Shown here: one piece after another, positions 24,025-33,876 of the stretch
How positions within the stretch are numbered: the first letter of the stretch is position 1
Layout of the letters: the number at the start of each line of letters is the position of its first letter
Assembly: GCA_004431415.1 (NCBI GenBank)
Contig: QPMI01000599.1
Coordinates: 124,001-188,000 of the forward strand
Length of the DNA stretch: 64,000 bases
Direction: 5' to 3'
From: Cyanophora paradoxa CCMP329
Lineage: Eukaryota > Plantae > Glaucophyta
Made by a program: the position numbers and the translations under genes
The notes under the pieces: model-generated
Seen by the model: the letters and a program-made list of their open reading frames with translations, nothing else
Told to the model about the DNA's origin: nothing
The model's database searches: none

Positions 24025-25395
24025 ATGGATATTACGTCGACCCTCCAGCGCCTTTCGTTGAAAGAAGCCCTAACAACCCCAGAGGAGGCCAAGGCCTTCT
24101 TTCTGGATAACTCCCTAATGCTTGGTCTTGAATCCAAGTCTAAGCCCGTTCTTGTTGTTGTGAACCCGAGCAATACTTTTGAAAATAGTGTTGGAAATCG
24201 CATTTCATTCAAACTCCCTCGCTACAATTTCTGTGGCAAACTTGAACTTGCCTTCGACCTTCCAGCTATCACTTTTGGTGATGCTGATCTTGTTCGAAAT
24301 GGGTATACTCGCCCAGTTGGTGCTTTGGTTCAGCGACTTGAAATTACCTATGGGTCATACACCTACCATATCCCTTCTGATTTCCTTGCTCATTTCCCTC
24401 TTGTCTATTATAGTGAGGATCAGCTTGCCAAAAAGAAGCGGTCAATGGGCATGCTTCACGGCATCCCCGCCCATGGAACCAACCGACTTGGTGGCTCATT
24501 CTTTGTTGAAATTCCTGTGCCTTGGCTAAACCACTACCTACCTCTTGGTGCTCTGTCTGGTGAAATGGTAGTAACTGTTTGGTTCAAGGATGTAGGGAAG
24601 GGTTATGTTGAGACTTCTTATGGTGGTCGTACTCTTCCTAAGGCTGGGGACACAGCCATTGATGGGGACAAGGACGATGGGCTTGGCGTCGCACCTGCTG
24701 AATCTGTGCTGGCACATGTTGGCCAAAACATCACCACTTTCAATCTTGGTGCGCCAAACGTTGAAATTAAAATTACTTCTCCTCGCCTTTATATGTATGC
24801 TGTTAATGTGTCTGATGAGCTTTTCGCTACTGTTATTGAGAAGGTAAAGACAACTGGCATGGCTATCCCTGCTCTGGATATTGGATTTGTGGATGTCAGT
24901 GATATGAAAGCCAAGGGTCTTGCCCAACCCAATCGAGTTAACCTCTCCCAAATCTCAGGTCTCGTTTATGCTCTGCTTGTTTCAGTTCGTGATAACGCTA
25001 CTGTTGACAAAGCTAATGGTTCCCACAGTGTACTTAAGACCTATTCCAACTCCAAAGAGATCACATTCACAATTGAGATAAACGGCCAGCGACTTTTTGC
25101 CACTGAGCCAATTTCGCTCCTGAAAGGTGCTGAGCTAATTGCTGATGTCTTCAAATGCTCTAATATGGATAAGGTTGCTGATCGCTATGTTCTTTCGGGT
25201 ATGAGTTTCTGTCTTGACGGTGAGAAGGCGATTCGCAATATTGCCCAGTCTGGCTATGTTGACCTGACCAATTCTTCATCTTCATTCCTCACTCTCTACA
25301 TGCCCACTGACAAGGCAATTGATGTCAATGTTCGCGCTCTCATGCACACGTTCCTCATTTTGGACAAGGACGGGCTCCGAAAAATTAATCTGTAG
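24025..25395 (+). CDS. Probable double-jelly-roll major capsid protein
   Basis: Intact 456-aa beta-rich ORF next to the pentons and ATPase. GNRISFKLPR...LELAFDLPAI...VGALVQRLEITYG, FFVEIPVPW, YLPLGAL, FTIEINGQRLF and QSGYVDLT resemble DJR-MCP segments. Confidence 0.75.
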   Translation: MDITSTLQRLSLKEALTTPEEAKAFFLDNSLMLGLESKSKPVLVVVNPSNTFENSVGNRISFKLPRYNFCGKLELAFDLPAITFGDADLVRNGYTRPVGALVQRLEITYGSYTYHIPSDFLAHFPLVYYSEDQLAKKKRSMGMLHGIPAHGTNRLGGSFFVEIPVPWLNHYLPLGALSGEMVVTVWFKDVGKGYVETSYGGRTLPKAGDTAIDGDKDDGLGVAPAESVLAHVGQNITTFNLGAPNVEIKITSPRLYMYAVNVSDELFATVIEKVKTTGMAIPALDIGFVDVSDMKAKGLAQPNRVNLSQISGLVYALLVSVRDNATVDKANGSHSVLKTYSNSKEITFTIEINGQRLFATEPISLLKGAELIADVFKCSNMDKVADRYVLSGMSFCLDGEKAIRNIAQSGYVDLTNSSSSFLTLYMPTDKAIDVNVRALMHTFLILDKDGLRKINL

Positions 25396-25501
25396 TCTAA
25401 CCATTTCTCGTAAGGGATTTCACAGACAAAATGAGTACTTTTTGCTAATGGAAAACTACTTAAAGGTTTGCTATACATAGATTGTAAGAAAGTCGTAACC
25501 A

Positions 25502-26449
25502 ATGCCGCTAAAACTGAATTCTATTGAAAAGTTTATTGAAAAAAGTGTAAGCATCCATGGTGATAAATTCGGTTATGATTGTGCCAAGTATAATGGTTAC
25601 AAATCAAACATCACACTGCTATGTAAGTTCTGTAACGAATACTTTGAGGTCATTTGTGGAAATCATCTAAATCCCAAGAGTCATGGAGGATGTAAAAACT
25701 GTAAGAGGATTTTCTATCAAGCTCGTTTCCAAAAGAAAGTCGATGTATTCATTGAAGAAGCAAAAGCGAAACATGGGGACAAATATGATTACACGGGTGT
25801 GAAATATGTAAACGCTCGAACAAAAGTTGAGATCAAATGTAATACTTGTGGTACGTTCTTTTCCCAAATACCTGACTCCCATGTGAAAGGTCGAGGTTGT
25901 GAAAAATGTTCTTATAAAAAACGTGGTGAAGTAAGGAAAAGAACTCACTCAAAATTCGTTCAAGACAGTCAAGCTGTACATGGAAACAAATATGATTATT
26001 CTAAAGTGATTTACACAAACAAATTTGGTAAAGTATTGCTTGGTTGTAAGGCATGTGGAAAGGATTTTGAGCAGCAGGCTGATTCGCATCTTCGAGGATG
26101 TGGTTGTCCAAACTGTAAAATGTCAAAAGGTGAGAGCAAAATTGAAACTGTGTTAGACCTGATAGGTATTGAGTTCAAGAAACAAGCGAAGTTTAAAGGC
26201 TGCCGAAACGTTAAGGAGCTTCGATTTGATTTCTTCATACCATCATTGAAAATTGCGATTGAATACGATGGCATTCAGCATTTCAAACCTATAGAACAAT
26301 TTGGAGGTCAACAAGCATTTGAAGATACAAAACTGCGTGATGCTATAAAAAATCGCTACTGTGAAGCCAACAATATTAAACTTTTGCGAATCCCATACAC
26401 TGAAACTGACATAGAGGGGTGTATCAATCGATTCTTATCAAGTCTTTGA
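25502..26449 (+). CDS. Putative homing endonuclease: three HGxKYDY-Zn-ribbon repeats plus a PD-(D/E)xK/Vsr-like nuclease
   Basis: Repeats of HGDKYDY...CxxC...SHxxGxGCxxC. C-terminus SKGE...LRFDFFI...IAIEYDGIQHF...D..KNRYC...LLRIPY. Confidence 0.85.
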   Translation: MPLKLNSIEKFIEKSVSIHGDKFGYDCAKYNGYKSNITLLCKFCNEYFEVICGNHLNPKSHGGCKNCKRIFYQARFQKKVDVFIEEAKAKHGDKYDYTGVKYVNARTKVEIKCNTCGTFFSQIPDSHVKGRGCEKCSYKKRGEVRKRTHSKFVQDSQAVHGNKYDYSKVIYTNKFGKVLLGCKACGKDFEQQADSHLRGCGCPNCKMSKGESKIETVLDLIGIEFKKQAKFKGCRNVKELRFDFFIPSLKIAIEYDGIQHFKPIEQFGGQQAFEDTKLRDAIKNRYCEANNIKLLRIPYTETDIEGCINRFLSSL

Positions 26450-26509
26450 TCTATAAACCATATTCAGTCACATCGTATTATTTTTATCTGGTTCTTTATA
26501 GAAGGAAGC

Positions 26510-27292
26510 ATGGGCGACTTGGACGAATTTAATGCTGGTGAGATGATAAACCCCCCTTTCCGCGTTTTGGCAATTGGCAAATCTGCTACTGGTAAATCAG
26601 AGGCTGTCAAGTACTGGCTCAAGCAGCTTCATGATGCCAAAAAGATTGATGTCGTCCTTGTAATCAGTGGAACGGCTTTTAACAACTTTTGGAACAATGT
26701 AGCAAGTGTTCAGCTTGGCAAATGGGATGCTCCTTACATTGAAAAGGTTCTGGAAGATCGACAACAGAAAATAGAAAAAGGAGAGCCGATTAATCAACTC
26801 TTAGTTGTACTGGACGATCTAATTGATAATGACTTGGTCGATCTCACTCGCGATAAAATAATCAACAAATTGTACTCTATGGGATGACATTTGAAAATAT
26901 CTATTATCTGTATCACACAAAAGCTAAGGAAAGTCTCATCGACCATTCGCGTCAACTCAGATTATGCTATGTTCCTAAGCGCTGCCAATAGAAAGGAGCT
27001 TGAAGCCATTGAGGAAGAATATAATATAATGCGGGACAAAGATGTTTTCTATAAAATGTTTGAAGAGTACGTTCATTCCTATCAGTTTCTAATTTGGTCA
27101 TCCGCCGATTATTCTGTGAAATATTTCGTAGATAAAGCGGATTTGGTCAAAGATTTCCCATTTCCACGGTTCCACAGGAAGCCAAAGAAGAAAGAAGATG
27201 AGCTTAAACCACCAGAGAAAGAAGAGGGGCGCAAAGAAGTGAAAAGCCAAGTTCATAGTAATAAGTTAATGCGATATAAACGCGGTCTATAA
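26510..27292 (+). pseudogene. A32/FtsK-HerA-type DNA packaging ATPase with an in-frame TGA at 26885-26887
   Basis: Walker A GKSATGKS, Walker B LVVLDDL, then MG*HLKISIICITQ...IRVNSDY. The two ORFs are in the same frame and the stop replaces the R of the conserved GRH motif. Confidence 0.9.
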
Positions 27293-27320
27293 AAATATCT
27301 CTCACTTTAATAAAGACACA

Positions 27321-28055
27321 ATGCCCCCCAAACGGAAAATAGGCATCCCTGCTGGGGCTGTTGGTTATTCAGGTGGTGGTAACAATGGCTCCATTAACAC
27401 AGACCCGCTTAAATTCAATGGAATGAATGAGATAAAGCCCTCACAACAGCAAGAGGATCCCCTTAATGCCGCCTATGAGGAATCCTTTGATGACAAAGCC
27501 CCACAGACGTCCACCAGTGATCAGCTCAACATCTCCCCTGAAGCTTCTAAAATGAAGGCTGTGGGTGAGGGTGCCAGGCGAATTATAGGTGCTGCTGATG
27601 ATAAAGGTCTTGGGCTCCAAGATCTATCACTCACTCGCAAAGGTGAGGGTCTCAGTAAAGAATCCGACAAGGTTATCCAGTCTATGGCGGGTGAAGTCAC
27701 ATACAAGACTGCTCCCACCCAGAATATTCATAGAGTTCCCAAGGCTCAATGGGACGAAATGACTGCCAAGCTTAAAGATCTGGAAGCCAAGTCCAGTGCC
27801 TTGGAGCAATATGTAACTGAGAAGAGAGAGAGATCCAAACTCAAGGAGATGCTAAGAAAGGAGGTGTTCAAAATGGGGATCACTGGAATTCCAGATAAAC
27901 AGTTTATTGCCAAGAAAGAGACCCAAATTGATGAGCAAGCAGTTGATGAAATGAAAACAAAGACCCAAAAGGGGACTATTGAGCCAGGTGCTACAAAGGC
28001 AGAGGTGGACAAAGGCGTAGCCCCCACAGTGTATAAACGACGGGTTTGGCTTTGA
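27321..28055 (+). CDS. Hypothetical viral protein (charged, partly coiled-coil)
   Basis: Intact 244-aa ORF with an AT-rich leader. No recognised motif. Confidence 0.7.
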   Translation: MPPKRKIGIPAGAVGYSGGGNNGSINTDPLKFNGMNEIKPSQQQEDPLNAAYEESFDDKAPQTSTSDQLNISPEASKMKAVGEGARRIIGAADDKGLGLQDLSLTRKGEGLSKESDKVIQSMAGEVTYKTAPTQNIHRVPKAQWDEMTAKLKDLEAKSSALEQYVTEKRERSKLKEMLRKEVFKMGITGIPDKQFIAKKETQIDEQAVDEMKTKTQKGTIEPGATKAEVDKGVAPTVYKRRVWL

Positions 28056-28083
28056 GAAAAAATAAACGTTTTTTCTATTATAA

Positions 28084-28314
28084 ATGGATGATACCATCAG
28101 TCTGGTTGAGTTCACCGTTGATAGTCCTGTAAGTGAGAGTTATATTAAGAGCGCTTTAGCAAACCAAAAAAGATACAGGGAAGACCCAGCATATAGAGAG
28201 GTTAAGAAACAACAAGCCTTGGCATCATATTATCGCCGAAGGGCACAAAAAGAAGTGGTGAGGCCAATGGGGAGGCCGGCTAAATACTTTTTAACCACTG
28301 AGAGCAGCAACTGA
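28084..28314 (+). CDS. Small basic hypothetical protein with AT-hook-like GRP
   Basis: 76 aa; KRYREDPAYREVKK...GRPAK resembles the 33131-33322 protein. Confidence 0.55.
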   Translation: MDDTISLVEFTVDSPVSESYIKSALANQKRYREDPAYREVKKQQALASYYRRRAQKEVVRPMGRPAKYFLTTESSN

Positions 28315-28339
28315 GTTATTTTGTCCTGTTACTTGTAAG

Positions 28340-28615
28340 ATGTGGCAATGGCTCCAACAATTGCTGGATATGTTTCATATACATGTGACCAGCAATTATA
28401 AATGTAGCTGTTGTGATACTACTATTGACGTCAGCATTGGATCTTCCTCCCCAAGTGGATCCAGGAGTGGGTCTCCCTATGATGTGGTGCTGAGGACAGG
28501 GTCAACTGAGGGGCAAAGGGTAAGCTTGGAGAGTATTGAAGAGGTGACAGGGGAGCAATTTGCTCAGGCTGTAAGCAGCGCTTGGGATGAGTACCAAGGA
28601 AACCGTCTACATTGA
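28340..28615 (+). CDS. Hypothetical viral protein
   Basis: 91-aa ORF packed tightly after the previous gene; contains CSCC. Confidence 0.5.
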   Translation: MWQWLQQLLDMFHIHVTSNYKCSCCDTTIDVSIGSSSPSGSRSGSPYDVVLRTGSTEGQRVSLESIEEVTGEQFAQAVSSAWDEYQGNRLH

Positions 28616-28620
28616 GCACA

Positions 28621-28857
28621 TTATCTGCCATCAGGGAGGGTATTTATCTCGTTTCCAAGCATTAGAAGGTCGTTTGATATTTTTTGTAAAGCTGCTTTGA
28701 TATGTGGAGACAGGGGGGCTATTCGATGACCAAGGTTGTACAGTTCTATAGAGAGGCGATGTATGGAGTCACTCAATTCAGGGCTTGGAGACGTCAGTGC
28801 CAGATGTGAGAGTTCAAAGGAGACCTCTACAAGGCGAGTATGGATTGGGGTTGTCAT
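28621..28857 (-). CDS. Hypothetical helical viral protein
   Basis: 78-aa ORF converging on 28340-28615. Confidence 0.45.
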   Translation of the reverse strand: MTTPIHTRLVEVSFELSHLALTSPSPELSDSIHRLSIELYNLGHRIAPLSPHIKAALQKISNDLLMLGNEINTLPDGR

Positions 28858-29191
28858 AATAATCTACTTTTAGGTAGCATAAAAATGCGAAAGAGGCGGC
28901 TCTGCGTAGAGCTTGATGAGAGCTTCACAGGAAAAAAAAGAGCGCTCAAAACGGCCAATCTGGTGCCGAGATATTCACGTTTGAAGTTCCTTAAGTGGCT
29001 CTAATTGAAAGTTTTAGAAACATTCTTATAGAGCTCTATAAGGAAAAAACCGCCTACTGCTGTACGGTAGGCGCGAGGGCTCTACCGGTAGGCGAGTAGG
29101 CAGGGCCCTACTGTCCTACCGCCGGCGGACTGTGCCTACCGGTCTGCTGTAGACACACGGGCTCGCCTACCACTGCGGTAGGCTGGCTCAT

Positions 29192-29838
29192 ATATGTATA
29201 TGATATATATGAAAAAAACAAGTTTCGGTAAAAACTATAGCGCCGTGATCGCCATGACGCGGCGAGTCCGGAAAGCTATGATATATATATATGTCATGTG
29301 ACATAATGATATATCATATACATATATAATTATGGTATATACAAGTCGCTCAAATTTAAGTCTTATAAGGTCTTATAAGAGTTGTCTTATAGAATTCTTT
29401 TCTAAAATCTTATATGGTCTTATAAGATTTAATGTGCGTACCGTAGCGCAGTACGCAAGCCACTTTGCGTACCGTAGCGCAGTACGCAAGCCACTGTGCG
29501 TACCGTAGCGCAGTACGCAAGCCACTGTGCGTACCGTAGCGCAGTACGCAAGCCACTGTGCGTACCGTAGCGCAGTACGCAAGCCACTGTGCGTACCGTA
29601 GCGCAGTACGCAGGCCCCTGTGCGTACCGTAGCGCAGTACGCAGGCCCCTGTGCGTACCGTGGCTCAGTACGCGCGAACGTACATATGTATATGATATAT
29701 ATGAAAAAAAAAACAAGTTTTGGTAAAAACTATAGCGCCGTGATCGCCATGACGCGGCGAGTCCGGAAAGCTATGTTATATATATATGTCATGTGACATC
29801 ATAATATATCATATACATATATCATTATGGTATATACA
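29192..29838. repeat. Two direct repeats of about 150 bp (29192-29343, 29684-29838) flanking a tandem array
   Basis: Near-identical copies. Each carries inverted arms ATATGTATATGATATAT / ATATATCATATACATAT and internal palindromes. Confidence 0.9.
29433..29673. repeat. Tandem array of 31-bp hairpin-forming units (about 7.8 copies)
   Basis: Unit TGTGCGTACCGTAGCGCAGTACGCAAGCCAC contains the stem TGCGTAC/GTACGCA. There are no unique spacers. Confidence 0.95.
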
Positions 29839-29995
29839 TTTGGTATATGCGAAACTGAAAATATTCGTAGCTCGTCACCAGATCATCGTAAGGCTATGAT
29901 GTTGGAGTCTATAAATATCTACTTTGTACGAGGAATCCAACGGTGATAGCGGCAAGGAGTGAATCGGTGATTTTAAGATGGGGTACTTACAATTT

Positions 29996-30231
29996 TCATG
30001 ACTTTCTCCAGCTAAAATTTGCTTTGTGGAGTAGGGCATACCCCTCCATGCCATAGTTATCACATATGATGTTCTCATATGCCTCCATCAATCTGCGCAA
30101 TTCTTTACTTTTCTGGGGGTTGATGTCTTGGGGGGACTTCCTATACTCATCATAATACTGCTGCCTGACTGCCTCCCACAGTTCAACCATGTCCTCAAGG
30201 GGATGTCATCATAGCTGCTATCTGAGTCCAT
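29996..30231 (-). CDS. Small hypothetical viral protein (frameshift near 30200)
   Basis: MDSDSSYDDIP joins LEDMVELWEAVRQQ... if one C is added to a C run. AAAATTGA lies about 52 nt upstream. Confidence 0.45.
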
Positions 30232-30380
30232 GGTGGTACTGGTGGGCTTATGTAAGACTGTTTGGGGGTTGGGGTGTCAAGAATCAATTTTTGGTGGGCA
30301 CTTGGGGGCTTGGGCTCTTCACCATGCTATATGAAGATGTCCTTAAGTGCTGGTGGCCTACAAGCAAGTGGGGTGGATTT

Positions 30381-30740
30381 TGGGGGGTTAGGGGACTCAA
30401 GGAGAAGTTAGGGGGGTTTCTGCCAACTGACGTCTTGTTGTTTAGGTTACCATTCTCAGTCTGGAAGGTGGGGTTTAGGGGGGATTAGGGGTTGTGGAGT
30501 GGGTAGGGGGTATTCTCTCACAACTCTATATATTTCTGGCTTGTTGCTTAAAAATGAAAAGATTTGGAGGCTATAGGAGTTATATATCCCCCCCTAACCC
30601 CCCTAACCCCCCCACATGTATACATTATTACCATTTCTGGTCATAAAACAACCAGAAAGTAAAAAACGATCCCCCCCCAGATCCCCCCCCAAACTTCTGG
30701 AAACCCCCCCAAACCCTCCCAAACCCCCCCAAACCCCCCC
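30381..30740. repeat. G/C-run iteron-like repeats downstream of the primase-helicase
   Basis: GGGGGTTAGGGG-type runs (30381-30492) face CCCCCCCTAA / AAACCCCCCC runs (30587-30740). Confidence 0.75.
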
Positions 30741-30758
30741 AGGCCTATCATGAGCCCC

Positions 30759-33032
30759 CTAATCCTCCTCCTCTTCCAAAAATTCCACCAACAGCCCACA
30801 GCTCTTGAAGTAAGCCATCATCTCATCCCACTTGAAGACATAACACTCCCTTCCACAATACTTGGTAGGCCTCACATATTCCAGTCCAGCCATCTCAATG
30901 TAGAACTTCCTTGAGCTGAATTCATTCTTGAATTTATTAATTGTAATGAACTGCTGGAACCACTCCCACACCTGTTGCCTGTTCTCAGTCCTTGGTGTAT
31001 CCTTGGTAATCTTTTGGGTGTCTACCAAATCCTTGGTGAACAAGGCAGTGACAGGAACACTTGCTTGTTGGGCAAGGTAGTAGCTGTTGGTCATTGGCCT
31101 GTCAGCATACCAGTTCACATCTGTGACATCCACCTTGTTTTTCAAGTAAAGGAATACCATGTGCTGGTTTCTTGGCTCCTTCAGCCAATTACCCAGTGAC
31201 TTGAAATATTTCATGTCACCCTTTTTCTTGTCACTCACCTCCACAATCACAAACCTTCTATCTCCAGCCTCCACTTTGATTGGTAGGGTGTTGTTGGTAG
31301 TAAATATGATCCTGGCAAAATTCCTCACCTCATGAGAATTGACATACTTAGCCTCAATTACAATTTTCTCAGCAGTGATCATGTCCTTGAGGGCATCACT
31401 GTTTGTGAAGGTGTCTTTGCCACTTGCCTCATTCACAGTGATAAGTAGTTTGTGCTTTCGCTGGTGGGCAAAGTTTCCAAATAAGTCCTTCAGTGGGTTG
31501 GCTGTGCTGAAAGCCAAGTCCCCACCCAGTATTTCATTTTGAAACCAATCCAATATGATGTTCTTCCCCACTCCTTGCTTTCCCTTGAAGATGATTGAAA
31601 TCCCATTCAACTCCCCAGGTCTCTGAATAATGTGGGCAAAGTACTTCAGTATGTAATTGAATGTAGAAGCATCTTCACCACTGAGAATCATCATGTGGTC
31701 AAGGAATGGGCTAACATCTTCCTCAGTTACATCAGGAGGAATATCCATTTTACTCACATCCATAAGCTCACCTTTCATACCAGCATAGGCATTAAACACC
31801 TTGGCAGTGGTGGAAGCAGATTTTACAGGAGGTGGGAGGAAGTCCAAGTAATCATACCTTGTGGCAGTCTCATCTTTCGCCCACTTTTTGATGAAGTTAT
31901 GAGGCTCCATCTTCATAGACATTAGGTCAAACTCTGTGTACTGAATGTGAGGGTATACATCCTCAGCCAAGCTTTTGAAGCTGGTTGTGTCATACTTCTT
32001 GGTATGATCATTCCAAGACAAGACAAACCCAGGCTTCATAATGTGAGCAAGTCTGGCATCCATGTAGGGCTTGATCTCCATGTAATCACAGTTGGTAGGA
32101 ATTGGAGCAGTCTTGTAATCAATGTTGGAAAGGGAAGCTTGACATTCAGGTACATCAAACCCACTGGCCATAGGTTTTTCCACAAAAGTCACCCTGTAGC
32201 CAGTTTTTCCCTCCACATAATCACTAACCTCTTCCAAAGCACTCAATACTTTGGGGTCTTTCCTGATCATACATCCATCAAAGACCAAGACATCCACATG
32301 GAGCTTAAGAGCACTGAAGTACTCACAAGCAGCCATTAACACCTGATTCTCAAGGTCACATAGTACCATATTCATGGTGGAACCAAGTACATTGCTTTCT
32401 TTCTTGCGCTTAGCAATAGCATAGAAGCGCTGCTTCTCAATCCCACCAATGAATTGATGGACTTTGGCCATTTCCTCTTTGAGATCACTGAAGTACTTGT
32501 GATTGATAAGTAGGCTAGAGAGGTCAGCCCCTTGCCCACCATTGATGACTGCCAGAATGCTGCGCTTGACATCAGCCTTGGATTTCTGGGTGACCTCACA
32601 GAGATCATCAAGAATTTCATCCCTGCTCTGAACATATTTGTTCAGCTGAGGAGTGGCAATTGAATGTTTCTCACAATACTGAACAAGCAGGACAGGGTGG
32701 CAGTTCACAATGTCAATGTCATAGTAGTAGTCCTTGGAAATGGTGTGGCGAATTTCCCTACAGATGCTTTGAAGGCTGGGGGTTTTTCCATCCACAAAGT
32801 ACCTACCAGTGTTGTGCTTCACCTGCTTATATTTACAGGTGTGGTAGCCCTCATGATCGACGATAGAAAGTAATTTCTGGATGATGGCTCTCATTTGGGT
32901 CTTGTCAGTTTCAGGGCGAAACTGGAGATTATCAAAGTTCTCCACCACCCATTTGAGGTTACCTCTGTGGATGCGCTCAGTGAGAATGAAGGTGTTGCCA
33001 TTGGGGTTGATTGAGCTGAATGAGGGAGCCAT
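30759..33032 (-). CDS. PolA-like (TV-Pol) primase/polymerase fused to a D5-like superfamily 3 helicase
   Basis: N-terminal GRYF...SLQSICREIRH...DIDIVNCHP...LVFDG. C-terminal Walker A GKQGVGKN, Walker B ITVNE, IIFTTNN and DRRF. Intact, 757 aa. Confidence 0.85.
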   Translation of the reverse strand: MAPSFSSINPNGNTFILTERIHRGNLKWVVENFDNLQFRPETDKTQMRAIIQKLLSIVDHEGYHTCKYKQVKHNTGRYFVDGKTPSLQSICREIRHTISKDYYYDIDIVNCHPVLLVQYCEKHSIATPQLNKYVQSRDEILDDLCEVTQKSKADVKRSILAVINGGQGADLSSLLINHKYFSDLKEEMAKVHQFIGGIEKQRFYAIAKRKKESNVLGSTMNMVLCDLENQVLMAACEYFSALKLHVDVLVFDGCMIRKDPKVLSALEEVSDYVEGKTGYRVTFVEKPMASGFDVPECQASLSNIDYKTAPIPTNCDYMEIKPYMDARLAHIMKPGFVLSWNDHTKKYDTTSFKSLAEDVYPHIQYTEFDLMSMKMEPHNFIKKWAKDETATRYDYLDFLPPPVKSASTTAKVFNAYAGMKGELMDVSKMDIPPDVTEEDVSPFLDHMMILSGEDASTFNYILKYFAHIIQRPGELNGISIIFKGKQGVGKNIILDWFQNEILGGDLAFSTANPLKDLFGNFAHQRKHKLLITVNEASGKDTFTNSDALKDMITAEKIVIEAKYVNSHEVRNFARIIFTTNNTLPIKVEAGDRRFVIVEVSDKKKGDMKYFKSLGNWLKEPRNQHMVFLYLKNKVDVTDVNWYADRPMTNSYYLAQQASVPVTALFTKDLVDTQKITKDTPRTENRQQVWEWFQQFITINKFKNEFSSRKFYIEMAGLEYVRPTKYCGRECYVFKWDEMMAYFKSCGLLVEFLEEEED

Positions 33033-33130
33033 TCTATAATAGGGTGAGATAATTATTTCAGTGAACTATACCCTTAAGTACTTTTCAGAAAAAGGAGTAA
33101 CTCCAATCAATTTTTTCGGACCCCCCACCC

Positions 33131-33322
33131 TCATACATAGGGATTTCGCTTCCTTGGCCGCCCCCTCCGGTCAGGAACAGCCTCTTCAAACAAATACCTG
33201 ATACACAATAAAGCGCCTGCTCTGTACGTACTAACCCTTACATATTTCTTGTGAAGCTCTCGAAACTCTGGGTCATTTTGAATCCTGCGTTGGATGTATC
33301 TCATTTGCTTTGTGTATGCCAT
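33131..33322 (-). CDS. Small basic protein with AT-hook (RRGRPRK)
   Basis: 63-aa ORF with an upstream ACTTAAAA motif. Confidence 0.55.
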   Translation of the reverse strand: MAYTKQMRYIQRRIQNDPEFRELHKKYVRVSTYRAGALLCIRYLFEEAVPDRRGRPRKRNPYV

Positions 33323-33375
33323 TGCTTGATGCGTTTCCTCTTATAGTATAGTTGAGATTTCTTTTTAAGTAGATT

Positions 33376-33876
33376 TCACTCTTCAAAACGTTGGAGGGAT
33401 AGCTTACATGCGCGTACTATTTTTTGGGTGGGCACCCAGTTACTCAGCCTCTTCTCAATCTTGCCACATTGAGTAATCATCTGATTAATCCAATGAACCT
33501 CCCCCAAATCACAGAAATTTATGTCCCCAGAAGCATGTTTAAATAATGAGTTTCTGAGCTCTTTGCTCTTTTGAACAAAGATATTCTTGACATCACTCCA
33601 CAAGAGTTTGATAATTGGATTTGACCCTTCACCATACTGCCATGTAGAGGAGTTACCAACCCGAAAATACCATAGTCCTTGTTTTTTACCTTCAGGGATT
33701 CTGTAAAGCACCTTGTGACTAAGAGCCAGACGGGCAACTTCAGCTATTGACTGGTCAGTGCCCTCCATGATACATCGTGAGACAGCTTGTTTAATAGCCT
33801 CCTCATTCTTGGATTGGACAGCAGCCACTTCAGTGGTGTCAATCGTGAGAATTCGAGCATCCATTGTGACAATCAT
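33376..33876 (-). CDS. Hypothetical protein, possibly a stand-alone D5 N-terminal-like domain
   Basis: TDQSIAEV...LWYF...TW...L pattern recalls the domain upstream of NCLDV D5 helicases. Upstream ACTTAAAG motif. Confidence 0.5.
   Translation of the reverse strand: MIVTMDARILTIDTTEVAAVQSKNEEAIKQAVSRCIMEGTDQSIAEVARLALSHKVLYRIPEGKKQGLWYFRVGNSSTWQYGEGSNPIIKLLWSDVKNIFVQKSKELRNSLFKHASGDINFCDLGEVHWINQMITQCGKIEKRLSNWVPTQKIVRACKLSLQRFEE

Noticed and set aside
26885-26887. TGA reassignment or readthrough in the viral genetic code
   Set aside because: TGA terminates other intact viral genes (26449, 28055, 38454). A point mutation is simpler.
29433-29673. CRISPR array
   Set aside because: The palindromic 31-bp units are directly tandem with no unique spacers, and no cas genes are present.
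29373-29716. Repetitive ORFs (TALRYAQ...) over the 31-bp array
   Set aside because: By-products of a stop-free repeat whose unit length is not a multiple of three.
29192-29838. LTR retroelement suggested by direct repeats and an rve integrase
   Set aside because: No TG...CA ends, PBS/PPT, RT or gag. The integrase is 7 kb away in Polinton context next to PolB.
30587-30612. Telomeric repeat insertion
   Set aside because: Only 2-3 CCCCCCCTAA-like units embedded in a larger G/C-run array, not a TTAGGG tract.
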